DNA from: an uncultured Chloroflexia bacterium
Lineage (GTDB): Bacteria; Chloroflexota; Chloroflexia; QHBQ01; JADMIH01
Direction of reading: 5' to 3'
Length of the DNA stretch: 64,000 bases
Assembly (NCBI GenBank): GCA_963797095.1
Contig: CAWCNY010000003.1
Location: 224,001 to 288,000, forward strand
The translations under genes and the position numbers were made by a program. Below are positions 1-9,738 of this stretch, piece after piece. The notes under the pieces are model-generated. The model was not told the DNA's origin and ran no database searches. It was given only the letters and a program-made list of their open reading frames with translations. Within the stretch, counting starts at the first letter, position 1, and each line of letters opens with the position of its first letter.

Positions 1-1
1 C

Positions 2-82
2 TGGCCTTTCAACCTGGACGAAGCAACGTGGATAGAGCACAACTTACGGCTCCTCATCGAGAGATTAGAGTCACCGCGCTAA
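2..82 (+). CDS. 3' end of a gene entering from the left (partial)
   Basis: Open frame WPFNLDEATWIEHNLRLLIERLESPR* ending TAA at 80-82; product not identifiable. Confidence 0.35.
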   Translation, partial: WPFNLDEATWIEHNLRLLIERLESPR

Positions 83-161
83 GAGCCGAGCCGGTTGTGC
101 TATTATAGACAGTGAAGCACAAGTATTGATAAGTTGCTACAACGATAGCGAGGCGAGAAAT

Positions 162-622
162 ATGGTAACACAAGAGATAATTCGGCCTGATATTCTGATC
201 CAAGTCGTAATGATCGGCCAATCGCGCTTGTAGAGATTAAGAACCTCAAGAATCTTTCAGCTGAGACAGCGCTACAAGTGCTTCAGAATTTGAGAGTCAT
301 AGATGTGCTGGGAAGCATTCCTTTCGCATTCGTTCTGTCCCAGGAGAAGGGCTTTCTCTGGAAGGATCTATCTCAGAAGAGTTTTCCCACCCAACCCGTA
401 ACTCCGTTTTCAATGAAGGAAGTTGTGCATCGATATTTGCCTGACCTGGAGGAGAACACCAGAGCTTTTGAGTCGACACTTGAGTTATTGGTACTCGGTT
501 GGCTGATCGGTCTCACAGCCGTAGATGCTGATATCCAGGGCGAGCCTGAAACCACCCTGAAACAAGCAGGATTCATTGACGCCATAGAAGATGCGCTGGC
601 TAACGTCCAACCAAGTATATGA
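162..622 (+). pseudogene. PD-(D/E)XK nuclease-like protein, frameshifted
   Basis: ATG162 reads MVTQEIIRPDILIQ; a frame change near 203 continues RNDRPIALVEIKN into ORF 278..622, restoring a PD...ExK motif. Confidence 0.55.
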
Positions 623-1069
623 TCGTCTATGGCACGTATAGGTCAATCACTACAAAGCCAAATCCAACCACAACTCGAAAGATACCGATCTCAACACCAG
701 ACCGTGAAGACGATTAGCGAACTGATCACTGGGCTGACGGCCATTAGCCAGGACTATAGCACCCGCCTTCAATCTACAGTCCAACTATTGACATAGGTTG
801 CACGAACTATTCCTCAGTCTGCTGACATAATGGTGGAAGCCCTACAGTTCAGCCCCCTCTATGGTCTTTCCGTCCAAGACGCGATAATATACGCCAGTAT
901 AGTGGGCGATTTGAGAGCACAAGACGTTAATGAGGAGAAATGCTTCGTCAGCGCAAATTCTAAGGACTTCAATACACCTGATATAAAGACCGAGCTAGAT
1001 ACTTACAATTGCAGGTACATCAGCAAGTTTGATCAAACGCTAAGCTATGTTCAAAGTCGCACAACTTGA
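619..1069 (+). pseudogene. PIN-domain protein, disrupted
   Basis: ATGA-coupled start MIVY at 619; main frame from 629 has in-frame TAG 794-796; C-terminus has QDAIIYAS and FVSANSKDF PIN-type motifs. Confidence 0.6.
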
Positions 1070-1866
1070 TGCAAGACATCACCGTCACATCCTGGAACGA
1101 ACTCAACGAGCGCCTCTATGAAGGCTCGTGGAACGAGAGGTTGGGGCGCTTCAGGTCGCCCCTCGCCTACCGGGGCATGCAAGACGCTGCGTTCGACCTG
1201 ACCACCAGCCTGGCCCGCCTCGGCGGCGAGTACCTCAAGCACGAAGACGACCTGATCCGCAACCTCCGCAAGTACGCCTTCCCTCAGATAAGCAACATGG
1301 GCGACTCGGTGTGGCACTGGCTTGCCCTTGGCCAGCACCACGGCCTCCCCACCCGTATGCTCGACTGGACCTACTCCCCCTTCGTCGCCCTCCACTTCGC
1401 CACCGCCGATATAGAGCTATACAACCGCGACGGCGTCGTATGGTGCGTCAACTACCTCGAAAGCAACCGCCTCTTGCCCAACAGCCTCAAAGGTGTGCTC
1501 GACAAATACGACACCAACATCTTCACCGCCGAGATGCTCACCGAAGCCGCCGCCTCCTTACCTGAGTTCGAGCAGCTTTCCGAGGACGAATTCGTGGTCT
1601 TCCTCGAACCCCCATCCCTCGACCAACGGATCGTCAACCAGTACGCGCTCTTCTCCCTTATGTCAAGCCCAGGGGCCGACCTCGATGAATGGCTGTGCCA
1701 GCACCCCCAACTCTACCGCAGGATAATCATCCCGGCCAACCTCAAATGGGAGATCCGCGACAAGTTGGATCAAGCCAACATCACAGAGCGCGTGCTATTC
1801 CCCGGCCTCGACGGCCTGAGCGCCTGGCTCAAGCGCTACTACAGCCCCCGGATCCCTCCACCATGA
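1066..1866 (+). CDS. FRG domain protein
   Basis: YRG motif and QHHGLPTRMLDWTYSPFVALHFA, RIVNQ, LFPGLDG signatures. Confidence 0.9.
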   Translation: MMQDITVTSWNELNERLYEGSWNERLGRFRSPLAYRGMQDAAFDLTTSLARLGGEYLKHEDDLIRNLRKYAFPQISNMGDSVWHWLALGQHHGLPTRMLDWTYSPFVALHFATADIELYNRDGVVWCVNYLESNRLLPNSLKGVLDKYDTNIFTAEMLTEAAASLPEFEQLSEDEFVVFLEPPSLDQRIVNQYALFSLMSSPGADLDEWLCQHPQLYRRIIIPANLKWEIRDKLDQANITERVLFPGLDGLSAWLKRYYSPRIPPP

Positions 1867-3005
1867 GGTTCCTCTCCTGGCCCGAAGTCTGCAAGCGCCG
1901 TCTCTCCCGCCAGCATTTGCTGAAACCTGCCCCTCTCACCGACATAGCGCAGGTCGTCGGCGACCTTTGTGGAGTACAGGCCCAGATAATCACCGCCGCC
2001 GAGCTTGCCACATGTGCGCGGGTAGAAGGCTCAACACAGGACGACATCCGCAAGGCACTCTGGCATGACCGCACCCTGGTCAAGACCTACGGCCCCCGCA
2101 ACACCCTCCACCTCTTTCCCTCCGATGAGTTGCCCTTCTGGATGGCTGCCATGCGCGCCCGCGCCCTCATACACCAACCCCAATGGCACGAAGCAGCTGG
2201 GCTGAACCCCACTCAAGCCGAATCGCTTCTCTCCGCAATAGGCCAGGCTCTCGACGGCAAATGCCTCACGCGAGAAGAGCTTGCCGCCCAGGTCTCCGAA
2301 CGCCTGGGACCCTGGGCCAAAGAAAGGCTCTCCTCCACCTGGGGCGAACTCCTCACCCCCGCAGCCTACGCAGGACTTCTCTGCTTCGGGCCAAGCCAGG
2401 GCAGCAAAGTGACCTTTGTGCGCGCCGACCAATGGATCAACCACTGGAAGGAAATCGACCCTACCCGCGCCCTCAAGGAAGCCACCCGCCGCTACCTGGC
2501 AGCCTACGGCCCCGCCACCCATAGGGATGTCGGCCATTGGTTCTGGCTCAAGCCCGACCCCGCCCGCCATCTGCTCGAATCGCTAGGCGACGAGATAGAA
2601 CAGGTCGAATTCGAAGGACGACAGGCATGGGTCCTGACCAACGACGCCGAAGCAGAACAAACCCCCGGCCATAAAGCCCCTGCGGTACGCCTCCTCCCTC
2701 AATACGACACCTGCGTGCTGGGCAACGGCCCGCGAGACCGCATAGTGCCCGAAACCGCCCGCAAGCGTATCTTCTCCTACGGGCGCGGACGCTTCGAGGG
2801 CGCGGTCGGCCTACCAGTCCTCCTGATCGACGGCGTAGTTGCGGGCATTTGGGATCGCAAAACTCGAGCCAAGTCCGTCGAAATCAGAGTAGAATCCTTC
2901 ACTCAACTAACACCCCACCAGCAAACTCAGTTGGAATTGGAAGCCCACCGCATCGGCCATGTCCTCGATCTTCAACCCACCCTCACCACCGCCAACCTCG
3001 ACTAG
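1863..3005 (+). CDS. AlkZ/YcaQ-family (HTH_42) winged-helix DNA glycosylase
   Basis: ATG1863 overlaps FRG stop; GVQAQ (QxQ), RNTLHL, YGPAT, LLPQYD, DGVVAGIW motifs. Confidence 0.85.
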   Translation: MRFLSWPEVCKRRLSRQHLLKPAPLTDIAQVVGDLCGVQAQIITAAELATCARVEGSTQDDIRKALWHDRTLVKTYGPRNTLHLFPSDELPFWMAAMRARALIHQPQWHEAAGLNPTQAESLLSAIGQALDGKCLTREELAAQVSERLGPWAKERLSSTWGELLTPAAYAGLLCFGPSQGSKVTFVRADQWINHWKEIDPTRALKEATRRYLAAYGPATHRDVGHWFWLKPDPARHLLESLGDEIEQVEFEGRQAWVLTNDAEAEQTPGHKAPAVRLLPQYDTCVLGNGPRDRIVPETARKRIFSYGRGRFEGAVGLPVLLIDGVVAGIWDRKTRAKSVEIRVESFTQLTPHQQTQLELEAHRIGHVLDLQPTLTTANLD

Positions 3006-3045
3006 GAAAATAGGCCCGATACATGCTATTCTATAACTCACAAAC

Positions 3046-3078
3046 CAATCCGCAATCCAAAATCTAAAATCCAAAATC
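3046..3078. repeat. Heptameric short tandem repeat (AATCYRM-like)
   Basis: aatccgc aatccaa aatctaa aatccaa aatc upstream of nth. Confidence 0.6.
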
Positions 3079-3082
3079 AAAG

Positions 3083-3869
3083 ATGCCTCACCTTGACACC
3101 AAACAACGCGAAAAATGGCCCGCCCCCAGCTCCGGCCCCTCTCACGAACAGACCGAGCGCGAAGTAGCCACCGCGCTCGACGAAGTTTCCGAACACCCTC
3201 TCAAAGCCAAAGCGCGCGCCGTTCTCGCCCTCCTGCGCGAAGAGTACGGCGAGCCGAACTGGCCCATCCTCGACCCCCTCGGCACCCTCATTGAGACTAT
3301 GCTCTCCCACCGCACCGCCGACCCCCAGACCTGGGCTGCCTACCAGGAGCTTCGCCGCCGCTTCCCCGACTGGCAGCAGGTGATCGACGCCCCCACCGCC
3401 GAAGTAGACGACGCAATCAGTCGTACCACCTTCCACGAACAAAAGGCCCCTCGCATCCAGAAGGTCCTCCAGCGCGTCAAAGAAGAACATGGCAGCTTCG
3501 ACCTCGACTTCCTCAACGACATGCTCCTCGACGAGGCCAACGCCTGGCTGCAAAGCCTCGGCGGGGTCGGCCCCAAAACCGCCGCCTGCGTCCTCCTCTT
3601 CGCCTGCAAGCGCCCCGTTCTCCCCGTAGACACCCACGTCCACCGAGTCGAGCATCCGCCTCGGTCTCATCGGCCCCAAAGTCAGCGCCGACGACGCCCA
3701 CGATCAGCTCCTCGCCCTCCTCCCCGACCCCGACAACGCCCAGGACGTGCTGGCCTTCCACCGCGATATGCTCCTCCACGGCCAGCGCATCTGCGTCTGG
3801 GACCGCCCCAAATGCGAGAAGTGCGTCCTCCGCGAGTGGTGCGACTACTATGCCACCCTCCGACAGTGA
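3083..3869 (+). pseudogene. nth: Endonuclease III (HhH-GPD glycosylase) with +1 frameshift
   Basis: GVGPKTA HhH and PVDTHVHR motifs; removing G3650 restores SIRLGLI...HGQRICVWDRPKCEKCVLREWC (C-x6-C-x2-C-x5-C Fe-S motif) ending TGA 3867-3869; may be a sequencing error. Confidence 0.85.
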
Positions 3870-3920
3870 TTGGGGAGCCTTTGGAGAACCTCACGATTTA
3901 CATGGTATGATTGTTGTCAA

Positions 3921-4211
3921 ATGGAAATCATCCTTACAGACGACATCGAGAAAGCTTTGATCATGGAAGCTAAAGAGCGCGGGACCACTCCTGAAGCGCT
4001 GGCCCTGGAGAGCTTGCGCCGTGAATTCGTGCATCCACCAGCCCAGGATGGTTCGCCACCAATCGAAGGCACGCTTGCCGACTATCTCTCCGAATATGTA
4101 GGGATCCTGCATAGCGGTGAGCATGTCCCCGGTGGAGCGGGGCTCTCTTAAGCGATAGATGATGAGTTTGTAAAGTTGCTTGTTGCAAAGCGGCGGCAAG
4201 GCCACCTGTAA
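3921..4211 (+). pseudogene. Putative antitoxin with premature stop
   Basis: MEIILTDDIEKAL..RGTTPE; TAA 4149-4151 followed in frame by AIDDEFVKLLVAKRRQGHL* ending 4 nt before the PIN gene. Confidence 0.6.
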
Positions 4212-4215
4212 GCTT

Positions 4216-4584
4216 GTGATATTGACCGATACAGGGCCGATTGTCGCACTGCTAGACGCGGACGACCCTAACCATGCCCGTTGCCTGGCCCTTGCAAAGC
4301 AGCTACCTGCTGGACCGATGCTCACTACATGGCCTTGCTTCACGGAAGCCATGTACTTGCTTGGCTCGGTGGGAGGCTTTCCATATCAGGCAACGCTCTG
4401 GCGGCTCTTGGCTGGTGGGCGGCTCGCATTGCGTGACCTAACTTCTCCAGAGATTGAGCGCATGGCGTCATTGATGGAGAAATACCGGGACACGCCGATG
4501 GATCTTGCCGATGCCTCTCTCCTAGTTGTTGCCGAGAGTCTTTCCCTAAGACAGATATTTTTGGTCTTACCCCAGTCCAGTTGA
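4216..4584 (+). CDS. VapC-like PIN toxin, probably C-terminally damaged
   Basis: ILTDTGPIVAL, FTEAMYL, MDLADASL motifs; the usual terminal TxDxDF is absent (ends RQIFLVLPQSS). Confidence 0.75.
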   Translation: MILTDTGPIVALLDADDPNHARCLALAKQLPAGPMLTTWPCFTEAMYLLGSVGGFPYQATLWRLLAGGRLALRDLTSPEIERMASLMEKYRDTPMDLADASLLVVAESLSLRQIFLVLPQSS

Positions 4585-4800
4585 CACGACGAGAACTCCG
4601 AAAAAATACCATCCTAAACGGCCTACATTGGATTACCTACACCCCACTCAGCCCTAAGTCCTACCCAAAATCGTGCTAAAATACACCCATAGTACGTTAC
4701 TCTCCGCGTGCCAAACTGCTATATTTTAGAGAGCACAAGTACGGTCTTTCTATGCCGCGCAAGTGCATAATATTGCAGTTTTTGAGAGCAAATTTGAGTT

Positions 4801-6144
4801 ATGAGCGAGGAGAGTGAGAGCATGGAAGCCACCATCAGACGACAGAGACCGCGCTTGGGAATAACAAACAAGATCGCTAGCTGGGCGCGCAACACCCCCA
4901 TCGCCCGCTACCCCGACCTGGGCCTCATTTGCCTGGGCATCTTCATCATGCTCGTCGGCGTCGGCGCTATCGTACCCGTCCGCGCCATCTACGCGCGCGA
5001 CCACGGTGCCACCCTCGAAGAGATCGGCTTCATGGCCTCCGCCTTCCTGCTCGGCCAGTTCCTCTTCCAGCTTCCCGGCGGTTGGGCCTCCGACAGGTGG
5101 GGCCGCAAGCCCATCCTCGTCGTAGGCGTCGCCGTAGGAGCCATCGTCTCCTTCCTCTTCCTGCTGAACGACAACGCGTGGTACTTCGTGGCCCTCCGCT
5201 TCATCGAGGGCATCGCCAGCGGCATAGTCGTGCCCGCCGCCAACGCATACGTGATCGACACCGTACCCGCCAAAGAGCGCGGTGCTGCCTTCGGTTGGCT
5301 CGGCTCGGCCTTCAGCGCTGGCTTCATGATGGGCCCCGCCATCGGCGGCCCAATGAGCGACTGGCTCGGCTACCCCGCCCCCTTCATCTTCGGCGGTATC
5401 ACCGGCCTCATCACCACCTCCTTCCTCTTCTGGAAGATGACCAACATCAAGCCCGGCGAGCGCACAGCACCCGCAGACGATGCCCTCGCCACAGGCGAAA
5501 ACGAGGACAAGGCCACCCGCCGCATACCCCAATGGCTCTTCGCACCTGCGGTGGTCGCCGCCATGGCCTTCATCATAGCCCAGGGCTTTGGCGATGGCCT
5601 CTTCATCTCCATCTGGACGATCTGGCTCGACGACCTCAACGCCAGCACCTCCTACATCGGGCTTACCTTCATCACCTTCTCCCTACCCCTCATGCTCTTC
5701 ATGCCAACTACCGGCAAGTTCGCCGACAGATACAGGCTGTCCCTCCTGATCGCCATCCCCAACGCCCTCCTGACCATCGTCTACTTCTCCTACACCGTCA
5801 CTACCAACCTGGTCCTGATCGCCTCGGTGGGCATCCTCGAAGGTGCGCTCCTCTCGATCAGCATCCCTGCCCTCAGCTCCTTCATAGCCAACCTCTCGCC
5901 CGACAACTCACGCGGCAAGCTACAGGGTATCTTCAGCACTACCCGCACCATAGCGGGCTTCGTAAGCTCCATAGCCACCGCCTTCCTCTACAAGTTCAGC
6001 ATGACCACCCCCTTCCTCGTGCTAGCGATCTCCCAGGTCACCATAAGCGCGGCCGCCGGCCTCCTCGCCTTCTACGTCGAGCAAAGGGCCAGGCGCTCCG
6101 CTCCCGCGACCGCTCCCATAGAGGCAGAAATAGCAGCCGCCTAG
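4801..6144 (+). CDS. MFS transporter (DHA1-like)
   Basis: About 12 hydrophobic segments; GWASDRWGRK motif A; GPAIGG motif C. Confidence 0.9.
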   Translation: MSEESESMEATIRRQRPRLGITNKIASWARNTPIARYPDLGLICLGIFIMLVGVGAIVPVRAIYARDHGATLEEIGFMASAFLLGQFLFQLPGGWASDRWGRKPILVVGVAVGAIVSFLFLLNDNAWYFVALRFIEGIASGIVVPAANAYVIDTVPAKERGAAFGWLGSAFSAGFMMGPAIGGPMSDWLGYPAPFIFGGITGLITTSFLFWKMTNIKPGERTAPADDALATGENEDKATRRIPQWLFAPAVVAAMAFIIAQGFGDGLFISIWTIWLDDLNASTSYIGLTFITFSLPLMLFMPTTGKFADRYRLSLLIAIPNALLTIVYFSYTVTTNLVLIASVGILEGALLSISIPALSSFIANLSPDNSRGKLQGIFSTTRTIAGFVSSIATAFLYKFSMTTPFLVLAISQVTISAAAGLLAFYVEQRARRSAPATAPIEAEIAAA

Positions 6145-6243
6145 CTCAAACCCAAGTCGCGCAGGGTGGAACCTCTCCCCTCGTTCGGGTGTACTCCTTC
6201 AAACTACATCACAAGGATCTCTTACAACAACCCATGAGGAACC

Positions 6244-6270
6244 GTATGGGGCGGCTTCAAACCCGCCCCT
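6244..6270. repeat. REP-like palindrome (GTAG/GGGGCG..CGCCCC type)
   Basis: gtatggggcggcttcaaacccgcccct; similar to 63449-63473. Confidence 0.45.
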
Positions 6271-6306
6271 GCGTGCAGGGCTTGCAAGGTCCCAAGGAGC
6301 GCCCGA

Positions 6307-8151
6307 ATGAAGCGACTATTCGCATCGGTCGTTGGATTACTTCTGCTCTGCGCGCCAATCCTCCCGGCGAGCGGACCTCCCCTTACGTGGCCCGTCACAG
6401 CGGCCAACCTCTCAGCCCCTCCCGTTGTGGGTCGCGAAGACCTCCCCAATGGCGTCACCTCCGAGATCGTCCTGGCCGATATGCACCAGCCTGTCGCCAT
6501 GGCCTTCGACCCGCAAGGCCGCCTCTTCTACACCGAAAAGGACACCGGCAATGTGCGCCTCTTCGCCAACAACACCCTCCAGTCCGACCCCGTAATCACC
6601 TTCAACGTCGAAAGCACCAACGAGCGCGGCCTCCTCGGCATAGCCATCGACCCCAGCTTCACGTCCAACCACTACATCTACGTCTTCTACACCTGCGCGC
6701 CCGGCCCCGGCTGCCCCACCCTCGAAAACCGCGTGGCCCGCTTCGTCGAAAACAACGGCGTCGGCTCCGACCCCACCACCATCTTCACCATTCCCCAGAC
6801 CGCCGACCATCACAACGGAGGCAACATCCACTTCGGCCCTGATGGCAAGCTCTACATCTCCGTGGGCGACAACGCCGAGCCTGCCAACGGCCAGGATGTC
6901 ACCGTCCCCAACGGCAAAATGCACCGCATCAATCCCGACGGCACCATCCCCACCGACAACCCCGTCTTCACCCGGACAGGTGCCCTACCCTCCCTCTACG
7001 CCATCGGCCTCCGCAACAGCTTCGACTTCACCTTTGATCCCGTCGTGCCCGGCAGAATATTCGCCACCGAGAACGGCCCCAACTGCGACGACGAGATGAA
7101 CCGTATCGAGGCGGGCTTCAACTACGGCTGGCGCGCCGACTACCCCTGCGACGACCCCAACCCCGATGGACCCGATCGCACCTACAACACTATCGCTCCT
7201 CTCTGGAGCTTGATCGGCCCTTGCTGCCCCGCCCCCACCGGCATCACGGTCTACACCGGCGACCAGATCCCCCAGTGGCACAACGACCTCTTCATGTCCG
7301 TCTTTCAGACGCCCCGCAGGCTCTACCACTTCTACCTCAACGCCGACCGCACTGAATTGACCGCCGCCAACCTCGTCCCCGACATCTTCGCCAACATGGA
7401 CCTCGAAACCGGACCCGACGGCGCGCTCTGGTACATCAACGGCGGCGGCTTCGGCCCCGGCACCCTCAACCGCATAGCAGCAGGCGCTCCCACCACCCCC
7501 GAAACCAACCCCACTTCCCCCACACTACCCGGCCCTACAGCGGGCCCCACTTCCACTCCTTCCGCGCCGCTACCCACCATCCCCGGCACCAACAGTCAGA
7601 CCTTCCCCGAAACAGGGCACACCATTCAGGGCATCTTCCTCGACTACTGGAACAACCACGGCGCCCTCCCCCAGCAAGGCTACCCCATCTCCGACCTGAT
7701 AGCCGAGGTATCCGACCTGGATGGCAAGCCCTACACCGTCCAGTACTTCGAGCGCGCCGTCTTTGAGTACCACCCAGAACAAACCGACCCCCAATACCAG
7801 ATACTCCTATCTCAGCTAGGCACCTTCCGCTACCAACAGACATACCCCGAAGGAGCGCCCATCCAGACCCCCAACACCTCCGAAGGCTCCATCCTCTTCC
7901 CCCAAACAGGCAAGCGCCTCGGAGGCACATTCCTCCAGTACTGGCAAACCCATGGCGGTCTCGCTCAGCAGGGCTATCCCATCTCCGACGAGTTCACCGA
8001 AACATCCGATTTTGACGGCCAACCCTACACAGTCCAATACTTCGAGCGTGCCGTCTTCGAACTCCACCCCGAGAACACAGGTACTCCCTACGAAGTCCTT
8101 CTATCTCAACTAGGCACCTTCCAATACCAGAACAAATACAATAACCCCTGA
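6307..8151 (+). CDS. Secreted PQQ-dependent sugar dehydrogenase (GSDH family) with C-terminal Chloroflexota surface repeats
   Basis: Signal peptide; ERGLLGIA, HNGGNIHFGPDGKLY, GLRN, NYGW motifs; Pro/Thr linker; 2x FPxTG..GYPIS..QYFERAVFE. Confidence 0.9.
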   Translation: MKRLFASVVGLLLLCAPILPASGPPLTWPVTAANLSAPPVVGREDLPNGVTSEIVLADMHQPVAMAFDPQGRLFYTEKDTGNVRLFANNTLQSDPVITFNVESTNERGLLGIAIDPSFTSNHYIYVFYTCAPGPGCPTLENRVARFVENNGVGSDPTTIFTIPQTADHHNGGNIHFGPDGKLYISVGDNAEPANGQDVTVPNGKMHRINPDGTIPTDNPVFTRTGALPSLYAIGLRNSFDFTFDPVVPGRIFATENGPNCDDEMNRIEAGFNYGWRADYPCDDPNPDGPDRTYNTIAPLWSLIGPCCPAPTGITVYTGDQIPQWHNDLFMSVFQTPRRLYHFYLNADRTELTAANLVPDIFANMDLETGPDGALWYINGGGFGPGTLNRIAAGAPTTPETNPTSPTLPGPTAGPTSTPSAPLPTIPGTNSQTFPETGHTIQGIFLDYWNNHGALPQQGYPISDLIAEVSDLDGKPYTVQYFERAVFEYHPEQTDPQYQILLSQLGTFRYQQTYPEGAPIQTPNTSEGSILFPQTGKRLGGTFLQYWQTHGGLAQQGYPISDEFTETSDFDGQPYTVQYFERAVFELHPENTGTPYEVLLSQLGTFQYQNKYNNP

Positions 8152-8175
8152 CAAACCCTACGCCAGCACTTGCTC

Positions 8176-8288
8176 AGGGGGTTGCAGGGGACTCCCGTAC
8201 TATGGTTCGAGGAGTCCCCAACTCTTCCTTTACTTACCCACCTGAAAGGGGGTGCAGGGGGTTTGGGGGTGTCCCCCAACTCTCATCT
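8176..8288. repeat. G-rich REP-like intergenic element
   Basis: GGGGGTGCAGGGGG..GGGGGTGTCCCCCAACTCTCATC shared with 38666-38724. Confidence 0.55.
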
Positions 8289-8611
8289 TCTTTCTACTCT
8301 CCACTCTCCCCATGAAGAACCTGAGTACATGACCGTTTTATGAGGGAGAAGAAACAAACGGCTCAGCCGGTGCTTCCACTCCTGGCCCTCGGCAGGACCG
8401 TGTAAACAACGACGAGCACAACGCCTCCGGGCTAACCCTCGCCTCGACTTGGCCCGTGCTCAATGCCGTCTGTTAGCACATGTCGTGCGTCGGAGGTGAG
8501 GTAGGCTTGTTTTGCTGCATGACGCCACTACTACAGGTGTAAAAGGACACATGGGAAGAGAGTAAGTACCAGGTAGGATATGTTGGCTAACAGGCAGGCA
8601 GAACGATCGGG

Positions 8612-9556
8612 CTACCAACCAAAATAGTCCCCAAGCGAGGCCAGCACTTCGGTAAAATCAAGGAACCTGTAAAACTCATCGTCAACGTTCCCATCGCTAT
8701 CCTCAACCGTCCACCAGGCCGACAGCACAGCCTGCGCCATCGCCCACCCGTAAATGCGCCGGCGATCGAACCCCAGTTCATCCGCCAACTGATCCATGCG
8801 CCGCTTCAGGATACGGCCAGGCTCCGGCTCAAACAATATCTGGGGCACCGGATTGCGAATCAGCGCCCCGATCTCATACTCAGCCTCGCCAACCACACCA
8901 TGCGGGTCAATCGCGAGCCAGGGTTGGCGCTCCGCCGACAGGATATTGTAGTGGTGCAAATCTCCGTGTAACACCACACGCACGCCCTGCGACGGCAAAA
9001 GCTCGGCGTAAAGCCGCTCCGCCTTGTCCACCACATAAGCCGGGAATGGACCCGTGCCGCCGTTGTACCGGGCGCGCAACTCAACCAGACCTTGCGCCCA
9101 CTCCTCCACGCTCGGAAAGCGATGGCCCTCCGGTGCTGGGTGCCGTATCTGGCGCATCACAGATGCCGCGATCGAAGTGGCTTGCGCATCGTCCTCCAGC
9201 GTCGATAGCATCACCCCAGGCTCGATCCTCTCAAGCAGCATCACACCCAACTCAGGATCGTACTCAAGCATAGCCACCGCGCCCACTCCCCCATAAATGC
9301 GGAGCGCATCGGCCTCCGCCGAGAACTCGCGGCTGGGGAAGCACTTGATCACAAGCCGCGTGCCATCCGCGCGCACAGCGGGCGCGACGTAGTTGTACGA
9401 CAACCCGTCGAACGGCGGGCCAATCGCGATAGACCACCGCCTCTCACAATCCTCAAGGATCGCGGGCAGTTCCCGGAGCCACTCGACACCACGAACGCCG
9501 CGTTCGCTGGTGTTCTTATAGATAAATACAGGCGGCAGAAAGAACGGTGCAGGCAT
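8612..9556 (-). CDS. Aminoglycoside/hydroxyurea phosphotransferase (APH(6)-like kinase)
   Basis: LLERIEPG, LHGDLHHYNIL, WLAIDPHG motifs. Confidence 0.85.
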   Translation of the reverse strand: MPAPFFLPPVFIYKNTSERGVRGVEWLRELPAILEDCERRWSIAIGPPFDGLSYNYVAPAVRADGTRLVIKCFPSREFSAEADALRIYGGVGAVAMLEYDPELGVMLLERIEPGVMLSTLEDDAQATSIAASVMRQIRHPAPEGHRFPSVEEWAQGLVELRARYNGGTGPFPAYVVDKAERLYAELLPSQGVRVVLHGDLHHYNILSAERQPWLAIDPHGVVGEAEYEIGALIRNPVPQILFEPEPGRILKRRMDQLADELGFDRRRIYGWAMAQAVLSAWWTVEDSDGNVDDEFYRFLDFTEVLASLGDYFGW

Positions 9557-9738
9557 ATTGTCTGAACTTCAGTACGGGCGTAGATCTACGAGAGTATGGA
9601 TCGCTATGCGGAACCTATGAAGGAAATCATCATCCTTCGCTCAGGATGACACATCTCTAGTTGACACTTCAAGCCTGGAATTCCTGCTCCCCGATCTGGT
9701 CTGATACGCACGGACAGACAAGTAAGTTCATCCTCTGA

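Noticed and set aside
4929-6842. 637-aa Arg/Pro/His-rich ORF
   Set aside because: Off-frame shadow of the C-rich MFS and GSDH genes; no motifs
8612-9556. Acquired streptomycin resistance gene
   Set aside because: Host-like composition and no mobile context; family membership does not establish the substrate
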